Part shown: positions 1 through 13,755 of the stretch, piece by piece | Layout: each line of letters starts with the position of its first letter | Position numbering within the stretch: the first letter of the stretch is position 1 | Assembly (NCBI GenBank): GCA_964016885.1 | Contig: OZ024740.1 | Location: 30,814,001-30,878,000, forward strand | From: Eledone cirrhosa | Taxonomy: Eukaryota | Length of the DNA stretch: 64,000 nucleotides | Reading direction: 5' to 3' | The notes under the pieces: model-generated | Database searches by the model: none | What the model saw: only the letters and a program-made list of their open reading frames with translations | What the model was told of the DNA's origin: nothing | Made by a program: the position numbers and the translations under genes

Positions 1-19
1 TAAAAAGAGACTGTTGTAG

Positions 20-198
20 TAATAGTTGTTTCTACTTTTGGCACAAGGCCAGCAATTACCCAGTGCATTACTGGTACTTTATTTTATCGACCCCGTAAGG
101 ATGAAAGGCAAAGTTAACCTCGACGGGATTTGAACTCAGACCGTAAAGGGACGTAACTACGCTGGAAAGCATGTCCGACCCTCTACCGATACTGCCAA
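20..198 (-). mobile_element. tRNA-derived SINE (family A; MetaSINE-like core)
   Basis: Minus strand has A-box TGGCAGTATCGGT, B-box GAGTTCAAATCC, core GCCTTTCATCCTTACGGGGTCGATAAAATAAAGTACC and tail TTGTGCCAAAAGTAGAAACAA; more than 15 copies in the window. Confidence 0.85.
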
Positions 199-1317
199 GT
201 AATAGTGACAGCGAATAGTCACAGCTCGGCGTTGATCCATAGATCAGGAAATATTCATAAGAAAATGCTTGCTTTTTTATTAGTGGTGGGAGGGGTTTGC
301 TTATAATCTTAGCTACGTGTGGTTACAATGAAAGGTCATCCTTTATGATAAAGCCATGACTACGTGTTGCTCTGACAGGCATAGCCTTTATTGCTTGCAT
401 ACGTATTTGTTGCGTTATAAATAATTTATGAGGTTCTAGTGTTGTAAATATGTCATCTTGAGATATTTAATATAGTGTATGTATGTTGTTGTTGTTGTTG
501 TTGCTGTTTAGCACCAGGCCTGTCATTTTCAAGCTGACAAGCTGCTCAAAAGCGGTCCTACCATGACGACCTCTTTTCAGACATAGTATATTTAGGGCTA
601 CATTATCCAACGTGCCGTTGTTTTGACAGAAATTTGGTTGATATTTCTAGCAGGTCAAACGACCGCGTAGTTGCTGAATGAATACTAGGCTGTTAATGTC
701 CATTACAATAAAGGGTGAGTACGCCTAATAAGAATTATTGAAGGCGCTGTGAATGACGCCTGTCCTCGGGTGGCGTGTATGAAGGTGATACAAACATTTT
801 TCTATCACATACACCTACATTACACATTACATACGTTACCTCAATTATTTCTACCCAGAAACTACATCAACCACACCATTCTCACCTGGCCTTTGGGGGC
901 TGCGTGTAATGGTTATTAGGCACAACTCCCATCTTTTAACTAATTAAAAAAAAACAATAAAAAATACTGGCTTGGACCTGATATTATAAGCATGCCATCA
1001 AATTGCGAGGCCTTTTATCGCGGTCACCTTTCAGATCCTCTTGTCCCAGGTCCCTATACTCCCTTCTCTGCTGAATCACATATAAGGAAGAAACTCCATG
1101 AAATGGAATGGCTGACACAATTTATATCGCTGGCTGATATCCATGGCAATGCTTTTGCCATCTTGTCCACGAGTCGTAACTAGGATATGTTGTTCAAAAG
1201 AGGGTATGAGGCTTGTACTTCCCCTTATATCTTTGCTATCCTTTGTATCTTACTCTAATTTTGTTATTATTATTTAAGAAGAGACGGTAGTCGTAGCATT
1301 ATTATACTTTATAAGAG

Positions 1318-1500
1318 GGCGGTGGATTGGCAGTATCGGTAGAGAGTCGGACACCATGCTTTGCAGCATAGAGTTACGCCCCTTTACGGTCTGAGTTCAA
1401 ATCCCGCCGAGGTTAACTTTGCCTTTCGTCCTTACGGGGTCGATAAAATAAAGTTCCAGTGAAATTGCTGGCCTTGTGCCTATACTAGAAATCCTTATTA
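1318..1500 (+). mobile_element. tRNA-derived SINE (family A)
   Basis: Same A-box, B-box and core as 20-198. Confidence 0.85.
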
Positions 1501-1711
1501 TAAAAGCTTCCGATGTGTAGAAACGTCGCAGCACATTTTCGTCCTGCAATAACAATAATAAAAATTAGGCTGTGTGGTTACAATGTTAATATCATTAAAA
1601 AAACACACGAAAGCATCCGAAACTATGATGATCCCCAGATAAGCGGTAATTGTCCATGTGTTTGTCTATTCCGAGTTTTCTGTTTCCTATATTTTTCCCA
1701 CGTGTCTTTTT

Positions 1712-1935
1712 AATAATGGTTTCTTATATAGGCACAAGGCCAGTAATTTGGGGGGAGAGGATTGTCGACTAAATCGACCCCAGTGTATTATTGGTGTTAT
1801 ATTTTATCGACCCCGTAAGAAGGAAAAGCAAAGCTAACCTCGGCGAGATTTGATCTCAGAACCTAAACGACCGTAACTCTATGCCACAAAGCATGTCCGA
1901 CGTTTTACCGATACTCGGACAACATGCTTGGCGGT
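1712..1935 (-). mobile_element. tRNA-derived SINE (family A variant)
   Basis: Diverged copy of the same core. Confidence 0.75.
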
Positions 1936-1947
1936 CTAGGTTCTGAG

Positions 1948-3797
1948 CAGTGGCGTCTCGTGGCTAAAATTAGTGGGGATGCTGCTTCAGAAGGTTTTAG
2001 CCATTGTGTTGATATTGTGTAAAACGAAACAAACATAAAATGAAAATTTATACATAAACTTGGTAAAAACCTAAACGAAAAAAATATTTTTTACTCATAA
2101 ATTATTACAGTTCAAGCTTGATCCATTCATTTTATAATGAAATCCATTCTTCTTGTTTTACTTTGAGCGAAAAGGTTAATAATTTTCTCCTTGATCCCTG
2201 GACAACTGTTGAGAAAATATTTCTCCATTGAAAGCACTGTAAGTGCATTTAGTCTTTCAGGATTCATAGTGCTCCTTAGAAAAGTTTTTATTCTTTTCAG
2301 TGTAGAAAAGCAGCGTTCTGGCTCTGATCTAGTCATGGGAATTGTCAAGAGGATTTTTATCAGTTTCGTAATTTCACTAAGAATACCATTTAGATTATTT
2401 TCCAAGAAACATTTCAGTAACTCAATTAATTTGCAATATTCATGCACATCGGATCTCCAATAGAATACTTTTAGTTCAATTTCAAGCTTTTCTTTGTCAA
2501 TCATGGGATATGCTTCAGTGGTTAGTACTATCTCTTCTGTATGCAGTTCATTCTTAAAACTAGCGAAACTTTTCTTGTTGAATAACTTACCAATTACTAC
2601 GTGTTTATAATAACATATGCAGTCACTCACTTCCTTTGCTTCTGACATGGGTGTCTTTAAAGGATTCTCACAATACTTTGACTTACTTATTTCTAAAATA
2701 GCTGTTTTGAAATCTGTTATATATTCATTGACTTTAAACACACTAATTTCTCGAGATTTCATTTGGTTGTAAATTACTTCAACATGATGCATCATCTGAT
2801 AAAAAAAAAACGCTCTAACGAAAATATGAAATTATCATCATTCAGGGATTTTAAAATTCCTGTTGCTTCTGCAATGATTTGATCTGCATTTGATATTGAC
2901 TGAATTTCAGCTTTTTAAAGGTTGCCCATTTTCATGAACTCTGTTCACGGTCCGTATTTTAAACTTCCACCTTGTAGAGGATGGACATGGAATGCTAACG
3001 TCCATGTACTTCTTGAGATTGGATACACGTTGTGGTGGTCTTGAGAAGAATGTTGGAATAGCCAAAGTTTTAGAGAAAATTATTCTTGCGTTCCGTCTAA
3101 TACTAATAAAATTTCCACGGCTCATTGATTGAAAGTCTGTATGCCTTACTAACTTTCTCCTTAATATTTTCGTTTCCTAAAAGTGACAGTGAAACCGCAT
3201 TTTGATCATGTTTCTTTGACTTATCATGTTTTTCAAAACGGTCTTTTGTCCATGTTACATCACCTCCAGCAAACACCGGAAACACCGGAAGCAAAACAAT
3301 GCATGTTTCACTTCACAGCCGGAGAGCCAACATTTCCGTTGGCACCATTCAGAATTAAAGCTACGAATATACCTTTGTTGTGTCTTATTCCTGGCTAAAA
3401 TATTTGAATATCAAGTGTTGAACGGCCTCTTTTCTTAACTGTAACTTTCTCATGGAGAGACAACTGTGAAAACTTAAGCTGATGAAGTTCACTTACTTTC
3501 ACAGAACTTATTTCTTGGGGGTGCAAGGAAGACATGGTTAAATTATTTAAATTTTCTATACAATAAAACAACAGAAAAAAACTATGAACTAAATAGTATA
3601 GCTGGAAGCATGATAATCATCTACAGCAGGGGTGTGCAACATATTCCATTGGCGGGTTCCACACAGTTCCACACGAGGTTTTGGGTAATTTTTCACGAAC
3701 GAGGGTTTGGCTACTGGGCATTAAGCTTAAGGATTATATAATGTACAAGTATAAAGAAAGAATTAAAGAAAAAATGACTCATTATATTGAATTTTTC
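1948..3797 (-). mobile_element. hAT DNA transposon remnant (ZMYM1/Tip100-like), one TIR retained
   Basis: Starts with TIR CAGTGGCGTCTCGTG at 1948; contains a broken transposase; 3507-3797 matches 51831-52280, which ends in the complementary TIR. Confidence 0.8.
2127..3540 (-). pseudogene. Disrupted hAT transposase
   Basis: ORF 2127..2795 carries the hAT C-terminal dimerisation motif ILLTIPMTRSEPERCFSTLKRIKTFLRSTMNPERLNALTVLSME; upstream frames hold TTF-type Zn-finger-like remnants (WLSGCEVKHALFCF..., HDKSKKH); stops and frameshifts. Confidence 0.8.
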
Positions 3798-4228
3798 CGC
3801 AGTGCCTATACAATAGCCGCCAGTCGATAAAATAAAGTACTAGTAACACACTTGAGTCGATATAATCGAGTTTCCCCTCCCCCCTAATTGTTGGCCTTGT
3901 GCCTAAAACAGAAACCATTATTTATCTCTTTCCTGTTTTGTTTACTTTCCTATAATAAAATAACTAGGAAATATAAGATTGAACCAAATGGCGCTGTTGT
4001 GTTTGCAGTTAAGAGAGTATTTTCTGTACAGTTTGCTTTGTGTTTCAACTTAGAAAATTTAATAGATTTAAGATCAACATACTCTGTGTGACATATGAGT
4101 AAATATTTCTTGGTATGTGGTCATTGTTCTCCTATGAAATATACCGATCTGTATTATGTAAATGCGCTTATTTACGAATGTAGTTAATTTAAGAACATAC
4201 GTATTTGCAGTCATTGAAAGAATAGCTA

Positions 4229-4263
<35 letters not shown>

Positions 4264-4418
4264 TGTGTGTGTGTGTGTATGCATATATACATATATATGT
4301 GCGTGCGTGTATATATATATATATATATATATATAGTAATAATAATAAATGTGAAGACTAAGATCCCGTTAAGGATGAAAGCAGCGATTCTTTGCATAAA
4401 CTTTAATCTGTTATTTTA

Positions 4419-4463
<45 letters not shown>

Positions 4464-4714
4464 AAAAGGAAGCGGAAACAACAAAGCAAATAACACAGTA
4501 CAATGAAGAAATATATTAGTTTAACGCCCGATATTGTAGGTAAGGAGTGTTAACGTTTTGGACACTAGTCCTTCATTGGAAGATAGAGGAGGAATAAAAG
4601 GTGAAATTGAAAGATAGAGAGTGAGAGGAGAAAGAAAGGGAAGCAGCTTTTTTTGTAAGAAAAAGCACGTGTGTGTTCAGTCATATAGACGTGTGTGTGT
4701 AAGTACGTAATACT

Positions 4715-5005
4715 GGGTTCCATCCGACTACTTGGCACCTTGAGCGTCTTCTAGTATCGATTCTGATAAGCTCATGTCTTGTGAGAGAAACTGGTTAGAC
4801 GAAAAATATCTAAGATAGACTGTACCTGTAATTCAAAGGGCCAACCTTGTCACTCACTATGTTATACGTAATCTCTCTGAGAATTCGTTAAGGGTACGGT
4901 ACACGTGTCTGTGGAATGCTCAGCCACATACACATTAATTTCATGACCAGGGTATTCCGTTGATCGAACAACTAAACACTCATCGTCGTAACCGAAAGAG
5001 GCCCA
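4715..5005 (+). mobile_element. SINE family B (degenerate)
   Basis: Similar to 31880-32130 and 44878-45200 (CACGTGTCTGTGGAATGCTCAGCCAC core). Confidence 0.65.
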
Positions 5006-5659
5006 TCGCATCATATCGTGTGTAAGTGTGTGTAATTACAGGCACAACTGCCTAAAAACCGGTGCCGTGTCATTTTATGTCCCTGACGTAACGGTTAAAA
5101 ACCGGTGCTGTGTCATTTTATGTCCCTGACGTAACGGTTACGTAACATATTTGTATCGATTCCATTAACTACACCTCTCCACTATATGAAGATGTTTTGT
5201 GTTTAGTCCAAAATCGGAAAAACAAAACCGCTTTACAAGACTTCGTATGTTTCCGTATTGAACCCATCTCATACCGGTAACAAATGCGGTCGATATTAAC
5301 GACCATAGTGCCGGCTTATAGGAAAAGTTAGCCTTATGGCTAAGTAAGAATCAATCATTTTTAATACATAGATTAACTCACTATACACCTCAAGGTTCCA
5401 AAGTTTGATTTAAGTTTCTTTCAGTATATATTAACTGCAAAATCTGATGGATGACACCCGTGACCTTTGCATACCCTCATAGGTTAGTTACATTGATATG
5501 ATTTATGCTCACTATGTGAACTTCTGTAAAGTGATATCTGTGGGAGAAAGAAGGAAAATAACATATGCAGAGAAAGGGGGCGGGGTCAAAATGTCTGCAG
5601 TTCTGGAGAAAAGAATTGAATATGTGGGATAGTGTGGGGGGGAATTACTGGTACAGACC

Positions 5660-5820
5660 ATCCGACGGGCTTCCAAACAGTTTCCGCCCACCTAATTTCA
5701 CTCAGAAAACATAAGCTGATGCAAGATTATAATAAATAACACTTGCCGAAGCTTCCATGCAGTGGAATAGAACCTGAGACCAGAGATTGCGATGCCAACT
5801 TCTTAACCACACGGCCATGT
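5660..5820 (-). mobile_element. tRNA-derived SINE (degenerate)
   Basis: Minus strand begins CATGGCCGTGTGGTTAAGAAG, a tRNA-like A-box; similar head at about 42085. Confidence 0.55.
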
Positions 5821-5976
5821 TACATCCACTCCAGCTTAATACCTGTGTATCTCAGATAACAGTGAGTCACATGAGATACATTACCGTAGTCAGTGGCAAA
5901 TTGAGGCCCATTTAGCTTTCTGAGGGCATGCATAATTTCAAAATTACCTTTAAATTTTTAGTGGCACGGCTCGACT

Positions 5977-8900
5977 TATGATGACCATATCTCCATGCGG
6001 CCCTGCCTATAATGAGCCATATCTCATGCGGCCCTGCCTATAATGATCCATATCTCATACGGCCCTGCCTATAATGAGCCATATCTCATGCGGCCCTGCC
6101 TATAATGAGCCATATCTCATGCGGCCTGGCCTATAATGAGCCATATCTCATGCGGCCTGGCCTATGATGAGCCATATCTCATGCGGCCCGGCCTATAATG
6201 AGCCATATCTCATGTGGCCTGGCCTATGATGAGCCATATCTCATGCGGCCCTGCTTATGATGAGCCATATCTCATGCGGCCCTGCCTATGATGAGCCATA
6301 TCTCATGCGGCCTGGCCTATGATGAGCCATATCTCATGTGGCCTGGCCTATGATGAGCCATATCTCATGCGGCCTGGTCTATGATGAGCCATATCTCATG
6401 CGGCCTGTCCTATAATGAGCCATATCTCATGCGGCCCTGCTTATGATGAGCCATATCTCATGCGGCCTGGCCTATGATGAGCCATATATCATGCGGCCCT
6501 GCCTATGATGAGCCATATCTCATGAGGCCTGGCCTATGATGAGCCATATCTCATGAGGCCTGGCCTATGATGAGCCATATCTCATGCGGCCCTGCTTATG
6601 ATGAGCCATATCTCATGCGGTCCTGTCTATAATGAGCCATATCTCATGCGGCCCTGCCTATGATGAGCCATATCTCATGCGGCCTGGCCTATGATGAGCC
6701 ATATCTCATGCGGCCTGGCCTATGATGAGCCATATCTCATGCGGCCCTGCTTATGATGAGCCATATCTCATGCGGCCCTGCCTATGATGAGCCATATCTC
6801 ATGCAGCCTGGCCTATGATGAGCCATATCTCATGCGGCCTGGCCTATGATGAGCCATATCTCATGCGGCCTGTCCTATGATGAGCCATATCTCATGCGGC
6901 CTGGCCTATGATGAGCCATATCGCATGTGGCCTGGCCTATGATAAGCCATATCTCATGCGGCCTGGCCTATGATGAGCCATATCTCATGCGGCTCAGCTT
7001 ATGATGAGCCATATCATGCGGCCTGGCCTATGATGAGCCATATCATGCGGCCTGGCCTATGATGAGCCATATCTCATGCGGCCTGGCCTATGATGAGCCA
7101 TATCTCATGCGGCCCTGCCTATAATGAGCCATATCTCATGCGGCCTGGCCTATGATGAGCCATATCTCATGCGCCCTGCCTATGATGAGCCATATCTCAT
7201 GCGGCCCTGCCTATAATGAGCCATATCGCATGTGGCCTGGCCTATGATAAGCCATATCTCATGCGGCCCTGCCTATGATGAGCCATATCTCATGCGGCCC
7301 TGCCTATAATGAGCCATATCGCATGTGGCCTGGCCTATGATAAGCCATATCTCATGCGGCCCTGCCTATGATGAGCCATATCTCATGCGGCCCTGCCTAT
7401 AATGAGCCATATCGCATGTGGCCTGGCCTATGATAAGCCATATCTCATGCGGCCCTGCCTATGATGAGCCATATCTCATGCGGCCCTGCCTATAATGAGC
7501 CATATCTCATGCGGCCCTGCCTATGATGAGCTATATCTCATGCGTCCCTGCCTATAATGAGCCATATCTCATGCGGCCTGGCCTATGATGAGCCATATCT
7601 CATGCGGCCCTGCCTATGATGAGCCCTATCTCATGCGGCCCTGCCTATGATGAGCCATATCTCATGCGGCCTGGCCTATGATGAGCCATAGCTCATGCGG
7701 CCCTGCCTATGATGAGCCATATCTCATGCGGCCTGGCCTATGATGAGCCATATCTCATGCGGCCTGGCCTATGATGAGCCATATCTCATGCGGCCCTGCC
7801 TATGATGAGCCATATCTCATGCGGCCTGGCCTATGATGAGCCATATCTCATGCGGCCCTGCCTATAATGAGCCATATCTCATGCGGCCTGGCCTATGATG
7901 AGCCATATCTCATGCGGCCTGTCCTATGATGAGCCATATCTCATGCGGCCTGGCCTATGATGAGCCATATCTCATGCTGCCTGGTTTATGATGAGCCATA
8001 TCTCATGCGGCCCTGCCTATGATGAGCCATATCTCATGCGGCCTGGCCTATGATGAGCCATATCTCATGCGGCCTGGCCTATGATGAGCCATATCTCATG
8101 CGGCCTGGCCTATGATGAGCCATATCTCATGCGGCCTGGCCTATAATGAGCCATATCTCATGCGGCCTGGCCTATGATGAGCCATATCTCATGCGGCCCT
8201 GCCTATGATGAGCCATATCTCATGCGGCCCTGCCTATGATGAGCCATATCTCATGCGGCCCTGCCTATGATGAGCCATATCTCATGCGGCCCTGCCTATG
8301 ATAAGCCATATCTCATGCGGCCCTGCCTATGATGAGCCATATCTCATGCGGCCCTGCCTATGATGAGCCATATCTCATGCGGCCCTGCCTATGATGAGCC
8401 ATATCTCATGCGGCCCTGCCTATGATGAGCCATATCTCATGCGGCCCTGCCTATGATGAGCCATATCTCATGCGGCCCTGCCTATGATGAGCCATATCTC
8501 ATGCGGCCCTGCCTATGATAAGCCATATCTCATGCGGCCTGGCCTATGATGAGCCATATCTCATGCGGCCCTGCCTATGATAAGCCATATCTCATGCGGC
8601 CCTGCCTATGATGAGCCATATCTCATGCGGCCCTGCCTATGATGAGCCATATCTCATGCGGCCCTGCCTATGATGAGCCATATCTCATGCGGCCTGGCCT
8701 ATGATGAGCCATATCATGCGGCCTGGCCTATGATGAGCCATATCATGCGGCCTGGCCTATGATGAGCCATATCTCATGCGGCCCTGCCTATGATGAGCCA
8801 TATCTCATGCGGCCTGGCCTATGATGAGCCATATCTCATGCGGCCCTGCCTATGATGAGCCATATCTCATGCGGCCTGGCCTATGATGAGCCATATCTCA

Positions 8901-9578
8901 TGCGGCCTGGCCTATGATGAGCCATATCTCATGCGGCCCTGCCTATGATGAGCCATATCTCATGCGGCCTGGCCTATGATGAGCCATATCTCATGCGGCC
9001 CTGCCTATGATGAGCCATATCTCATGCGGCCCTGCCTATGATGAGCCATATCTCATGCGGCCTGGCCTATGATGAGCCATATCATGCGGCCTGGCCTATG
9101 ATGAGCCATATCTCATGCGGCCCTGCCTATGATGAGCCATATCTCATGCGGCCCTGCCTATGATGAGCCATATCTCATGCTGCCTGGCCTAGGATGAGCC
9201 ATAGCTCATGCGGCCTGGCCTATGATGAGCCATATCATGCGGCCTGGCCTATGATGAGCCATATCTCATGCGGCCCTGCCTATGATGAGCCATATCTCAT
9301 GCGGCCTGGCCTATGATGAGCCATATCTCATGCGGCCCTGCCTATGATGAGCCATATCTCATGCGGCCTGGCCTATGATGAGCCATATCTCATGCGGCCC
9401 TGCCTATGATGAGCCATATCTCATGCGGCCCTGCCTATGATGAGCCATATCTCATGCGGCCTGGCCTATGATGAGCCATATCATGCGGCCTGGCCTATGA
9501 TGAGCCATATCTCATGCGGCCCTGCCTATGATGAGCCATATCTCATGCGGCCCTGCCTATGATGAGCCATATCTCATG
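5977..9578. repeat. 31-bp minisatellite, about 116 copies
   Basis: Unit TATGATGAGCCATATCTCATGCGGCC(CT/TG)GCC with period 31; occasional 29-bp variants lack a TC. Confidence 0.97.
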
Positions 9579-11479
9579 AGACGCATTGCTAGAATAAGGT
9601 TGCCCTTGGTTACTTTACTATCTCAAATTTAGCTCCAGATTATCCTCAGTTCAATCTACACCGAAATGTTGAAAGTTGAGTACGTGGGTGATGCAGTGAG
9701 TTCGGAGGGTGAAATATCACTATGGTAACGATGGAAGAGACAGAGAAGCTTAATACGATTATAGTGTTAGTGAATATTTACCAATAAGCCGGGTCCAGTC
9801 GATATTTTTAGGATAATCATACTCTTATTGGTATTATTGTTTTACATCCATATGAAATGTTCAGTTAGAAATACAATGAGAGAGAGAGAGAGAGACTGTG
9901 TGTGAAAGACAGATAGATATCACTATAGTAACTAACTACACTGCAAGTAACGCTTTCCTGTCGATACTCCTAGCTTGTCGCCAATCATTGTTGCCGGTTT
10001 GCATGTTCGTTATTCGAGACACCGTTCGTGAACCGAGACGTTTTATGTTCGGAAAAATTGGTCGTGAACCGATTTGTTCGTGTACCGAGGTTCCACTGTT
10101 TTTGTATTACGAGTTTGAAAGATGAATGAAATTTTTTATGCGTTTTATTTATTTATGTATTTTTATCTTATTGAAAACCATTCAACTTTCAAGATATGCA
10201 CATTAATAGACATTAATAGTATTAGTAAGAATTCGGACATTGCATCGATCAGTTGGTAATAATAGAGTTGTTATGTTTCACCTATCATCTCATTAGTACA
10301 TCTATAATGTAGTATATACTAATATAGTACATCTATAATGTAGTATATTTATACGAGAGAGAAAACCTCTGTCCTTGGTGATTTGTCTTAAAAATAGCGA
10401 AGAGAGAAATAACAATCATGTTGACTCTCGTACATTCTCGTTTACTCTCGTTTAAGGCTAACACATATATATATGTGTGTGTGTATGTGATTATATATAT
10501 ATCGACATTCGATCGACTTTCGTCAAATCGGACCGAGGAAACAAAGTTTCGAACTCACAACCTCAAGATTGTGAATCCAATTCTCTAACCACTCAGCCAC
10601 TACTCACACACACACACCACCACACCACACCACACCACACCACACACACACACGTCGTTTGAAGTTAGAAGGCCAGAACAATGCAGGTGTGGATATAGAA
10701 TATAAATACAAATGCAAAAGATGTTGCTGACAATTAGTCTTTTACCTTAAATTTATTTGAATATCCTGATATTTCGAGATAATATCTCTTCTTCGGAAGG
10801 AAGTAAAAGGGTTAATCCAGTGTTCTACTTAGCTTGCTAAGTCATGCTGACGGGAAATAGTATAGAAATATATATATATATAATATGTATGTATGTGTGT
10901 ATGTGTATGTGTATATATATATGTGTGTGGTATTTATATATACACATATATATGTATGCGTGTGTGTATATATATATATATATAATATATATATGGTGAA
11001 TCTGAGAAAACAATAAGATTGTGATTGTTCCATCATGAACATAAATAATGAATACTTCTTTTCCTTTTGAAACCTATACATAATGAATTCTTTTAGAAAT
11101 AAAAGCCAGGCAGAAAGCAAGGGACGTAAGAAAGTTAGAAAGTAAGAAAATATGGGAATGGGGACAAGATAGACTATTATAAAAAAAAAATATTTGAGAA
11201 CTTTTTGAAAATATGTGAAGAGAATTTTCAGGTAAAAACGTGAAGACAATAATTGTTTCTACTTTTGGCACAAGGCCAATGTATTACTGGTACTTTATTG
11301 AAGACAATAATAAAAAGAGGATTACGTGTGTGTGTGTCTTTATTTTATATAGAAATCAGTTTATACGCATGAAGCTGTTCTACTCCTGTAGAAGATCCTT
11401 ATACTCTTTTAACGTTTTGAGTACCTTTTTTAACTGTGATCACTTCCCGATACCCACCGGGAATCCGCCTATATATATA

Positions 11480-11590
<111 letters not shown>

Positions 11591-11654
11591 GAGGGTTTTT
11601 TTACAACATGAAAAATAACCGAGGTGTCCTACACGAGTGAAAGTATAAAGAAAA

Positions 11655-11929
11655 AAAGATAAAATCGAAAATGCAACTGGAGTCTTATTTTTAAAACAAA
11701 ATATATATTTATTTGGTTCCTTTACCGGTTTCACAGTTCTTCTGCTTTTCAAAAGTAGAGTTGAGATGGAGGGTCTGGTTTTTCTCACATCTGATGTGAG
11801 AAAAATCAGACCCTCCATCTCAACTCTACTTTTAAAAAGCAGAAGAACTGTGAAACCGGTAAAGGAACCAAATAAATATATATTTTGTTTTAAAAATAAG
11901 ACTCCAGTTGCATTTTCGATTTTATCTTT
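11655..11929. repeat. Near-perfect palindrome (137-bp arms, 1-nt centre at 11792) in a (TA)n-bounded insertion
   Basis: Arms are reverse complements with 2 mismatches; related single copy at about 28510-28675. Confidence 0.92.
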
Positions 11930-11950
11930 ATATATATATATATATATATA

Positions 11951-12128
11951 TAATGGTTTCTACTTTTGGTACAAGGCCAGCAATTCACCAATACATTACT
12001 GGTACTTTATTTTATCGACTCCGTAAAGATGAAAGGCAAATTAACCTCGGCGGGATTTTAACTCAGAATGGCAAGGACCGTAACTCTATGCTGCAAACAT
12101 GGCGTCCGACCCTCTACCGATACTGCCG
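11951..12128 (-). mobile_element. SINE family A
   Basis: Core and boxes as above. Confidence 0.85.
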
Positions 12129-12317
12129 GACGAATGGTGACTCCTTCATTACGTTTATTGGTTGGTGACTACTGATCAGCTCAAAGTTCGATCTGTGTCG
12201 ATCTGACCCGACTCTGGATTCAAACGCTCGTCGGACCACTGTGGTAGTAATGATTCTGATCAGTAGCGAAACGCGCGTCACCAACCAATAAACATAATGA
12301 AGGAGTAACCATTCATC

Positions 12318-12500
12318 CGGCAGTATTGGTAGAGGGTCGGTCGCCATGCTTTGCAGCATAGAGTTACGGCCCTTTATGATCTGAGTTCAAATCCCGCCGA
12401 AGTTAACTTTTCCTTTCATCCGTACGGGTTCGATAAAATAAAGTACCAGTAATACACTGAGATAATTGCTGGCCTTGTGCCAAAAGTAGAAACAATTATT
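12318..12500 (+). mobile_element. SINE family A
   Basis: Core and boxes as above. Confidence 0.85.
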
Positions 12501-13224
12501 TTATTACATTCTATCTAGCTCTACACCTCGATACTGACGTGAACCTAAACATCGGGTGCTCACTCGGGTGAACCTACAGTAACTCCGCGTTACACTCCCT
12601 GGAGATATATATATATGCAGAGAGAGGGGGGAAGGGATGTCTCTGGACGGGTGGTCGGACGAATAGATGGATAGATTAGTTTGTATGAATGAGATAGGTA
12701 GATGGGTAAATTTGTAAGTATGTATATAAGTAGGTTGGCAAATAGAGAAATAGATAAACGGATAGTGTTGAAGATAAGATGAATGATATGGTGACAAGAA
12801 TGTATGTTAAGGATGTGCGTAGGGGTAAAAGATAAATAAAAGGAACGGTAGAAGGTAAGGAAGCGTTGAAGAGGAAGGGGTGCAGGAGACAATAATCTAC
12901 ATAGAAGAGAAATGAGCCAGAACGGTAAAAGAGAAAGGATGTTGCTGTGAATGAAATTGCTTTCATTGACAATGTAGAAATTCATTTGTTCGGAAATAAA
13001 GTGACTTTTGTGACGAGGTTTGAATAGGTGGGTTACAATAAATGAGTCTTAGAACTTAATATCGTGTTTCCTCATCACTTTAAATTACAATTGGGTCATT
13101 TCGAATGTCATCACTCTACAACCAATTAAATACAAGATACATAGACATAATTTGTTGTTGTTGTTGTTGTTGTCTAGTGTTAGAAAATCGAGCAGGTCTA
13201 TGAAACAATATCATTATTTTTGTG

Positions 13225-13755
13225 GTGAATTCCGCCGAGGTTGACTTTGCCTTTCATCCTTACGGGGTCGATAAAATAAAGTACCAGTAATGTACTGGGT
13301 AATTGCTGACCTTGTGCCAAAAGTAGAAACAATTATTATGGCAGAATCGGTAGAGCGTGGGACAACATGCTTAGCGGCATAGAGTTATGGCCCTTTGCGT
13401 TCTGAGTTCAAATCCTCCCGAGGTTAGCTTTGCCTTTCATCCTTAGGGGGTTGATAAAATAAAGTACCGGCAACACGCAGGGGTCGATTTAATTGACTTG
13501 CCCCTCCCCAAAAATGTTGGCCTAAAGTAGAAACCATTATTTTTGGCAGAATCGGTAGAGCGTCGGACAACATGCTTTGCAGCATAGAGTTACGGCCCTT
13601 TACATCCGTAGTTCAAATCCCGCCGAGGTTAGCTTTGCCTTTCATCCTTACTAGGTCGATAAAATAAAGTACCAGTAGTGCATTGGGGTCGATTTAACCG
13701 ACTTTCCCCGCCATAAATTGCTGGCCTTGTTCCTAAATCAGAAACCATTATTTTT
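13225..13755 (+). mobile_element. Three head-to-tail SINE family A copies
   Basis: Core repeated at about 13250, 13430 and 13635, each followed by a GAAAC(A/C)ATTATT tail. Confidence 0.8.

Noticed and set aside
5977-9578. CRISPR-like array (31-bp partly palindromic repeats)
   Set aside because: No unique spacers, no cas genes, eukaryotic context
10760-10805. Minus-strand CCGAAGA-AGAGAT-ATT-ATCTC-GAAA-TATC hammerhead-like motif
   Set aside because: Core is mutated and stem I is weak; at most a decayed remnant, so not called
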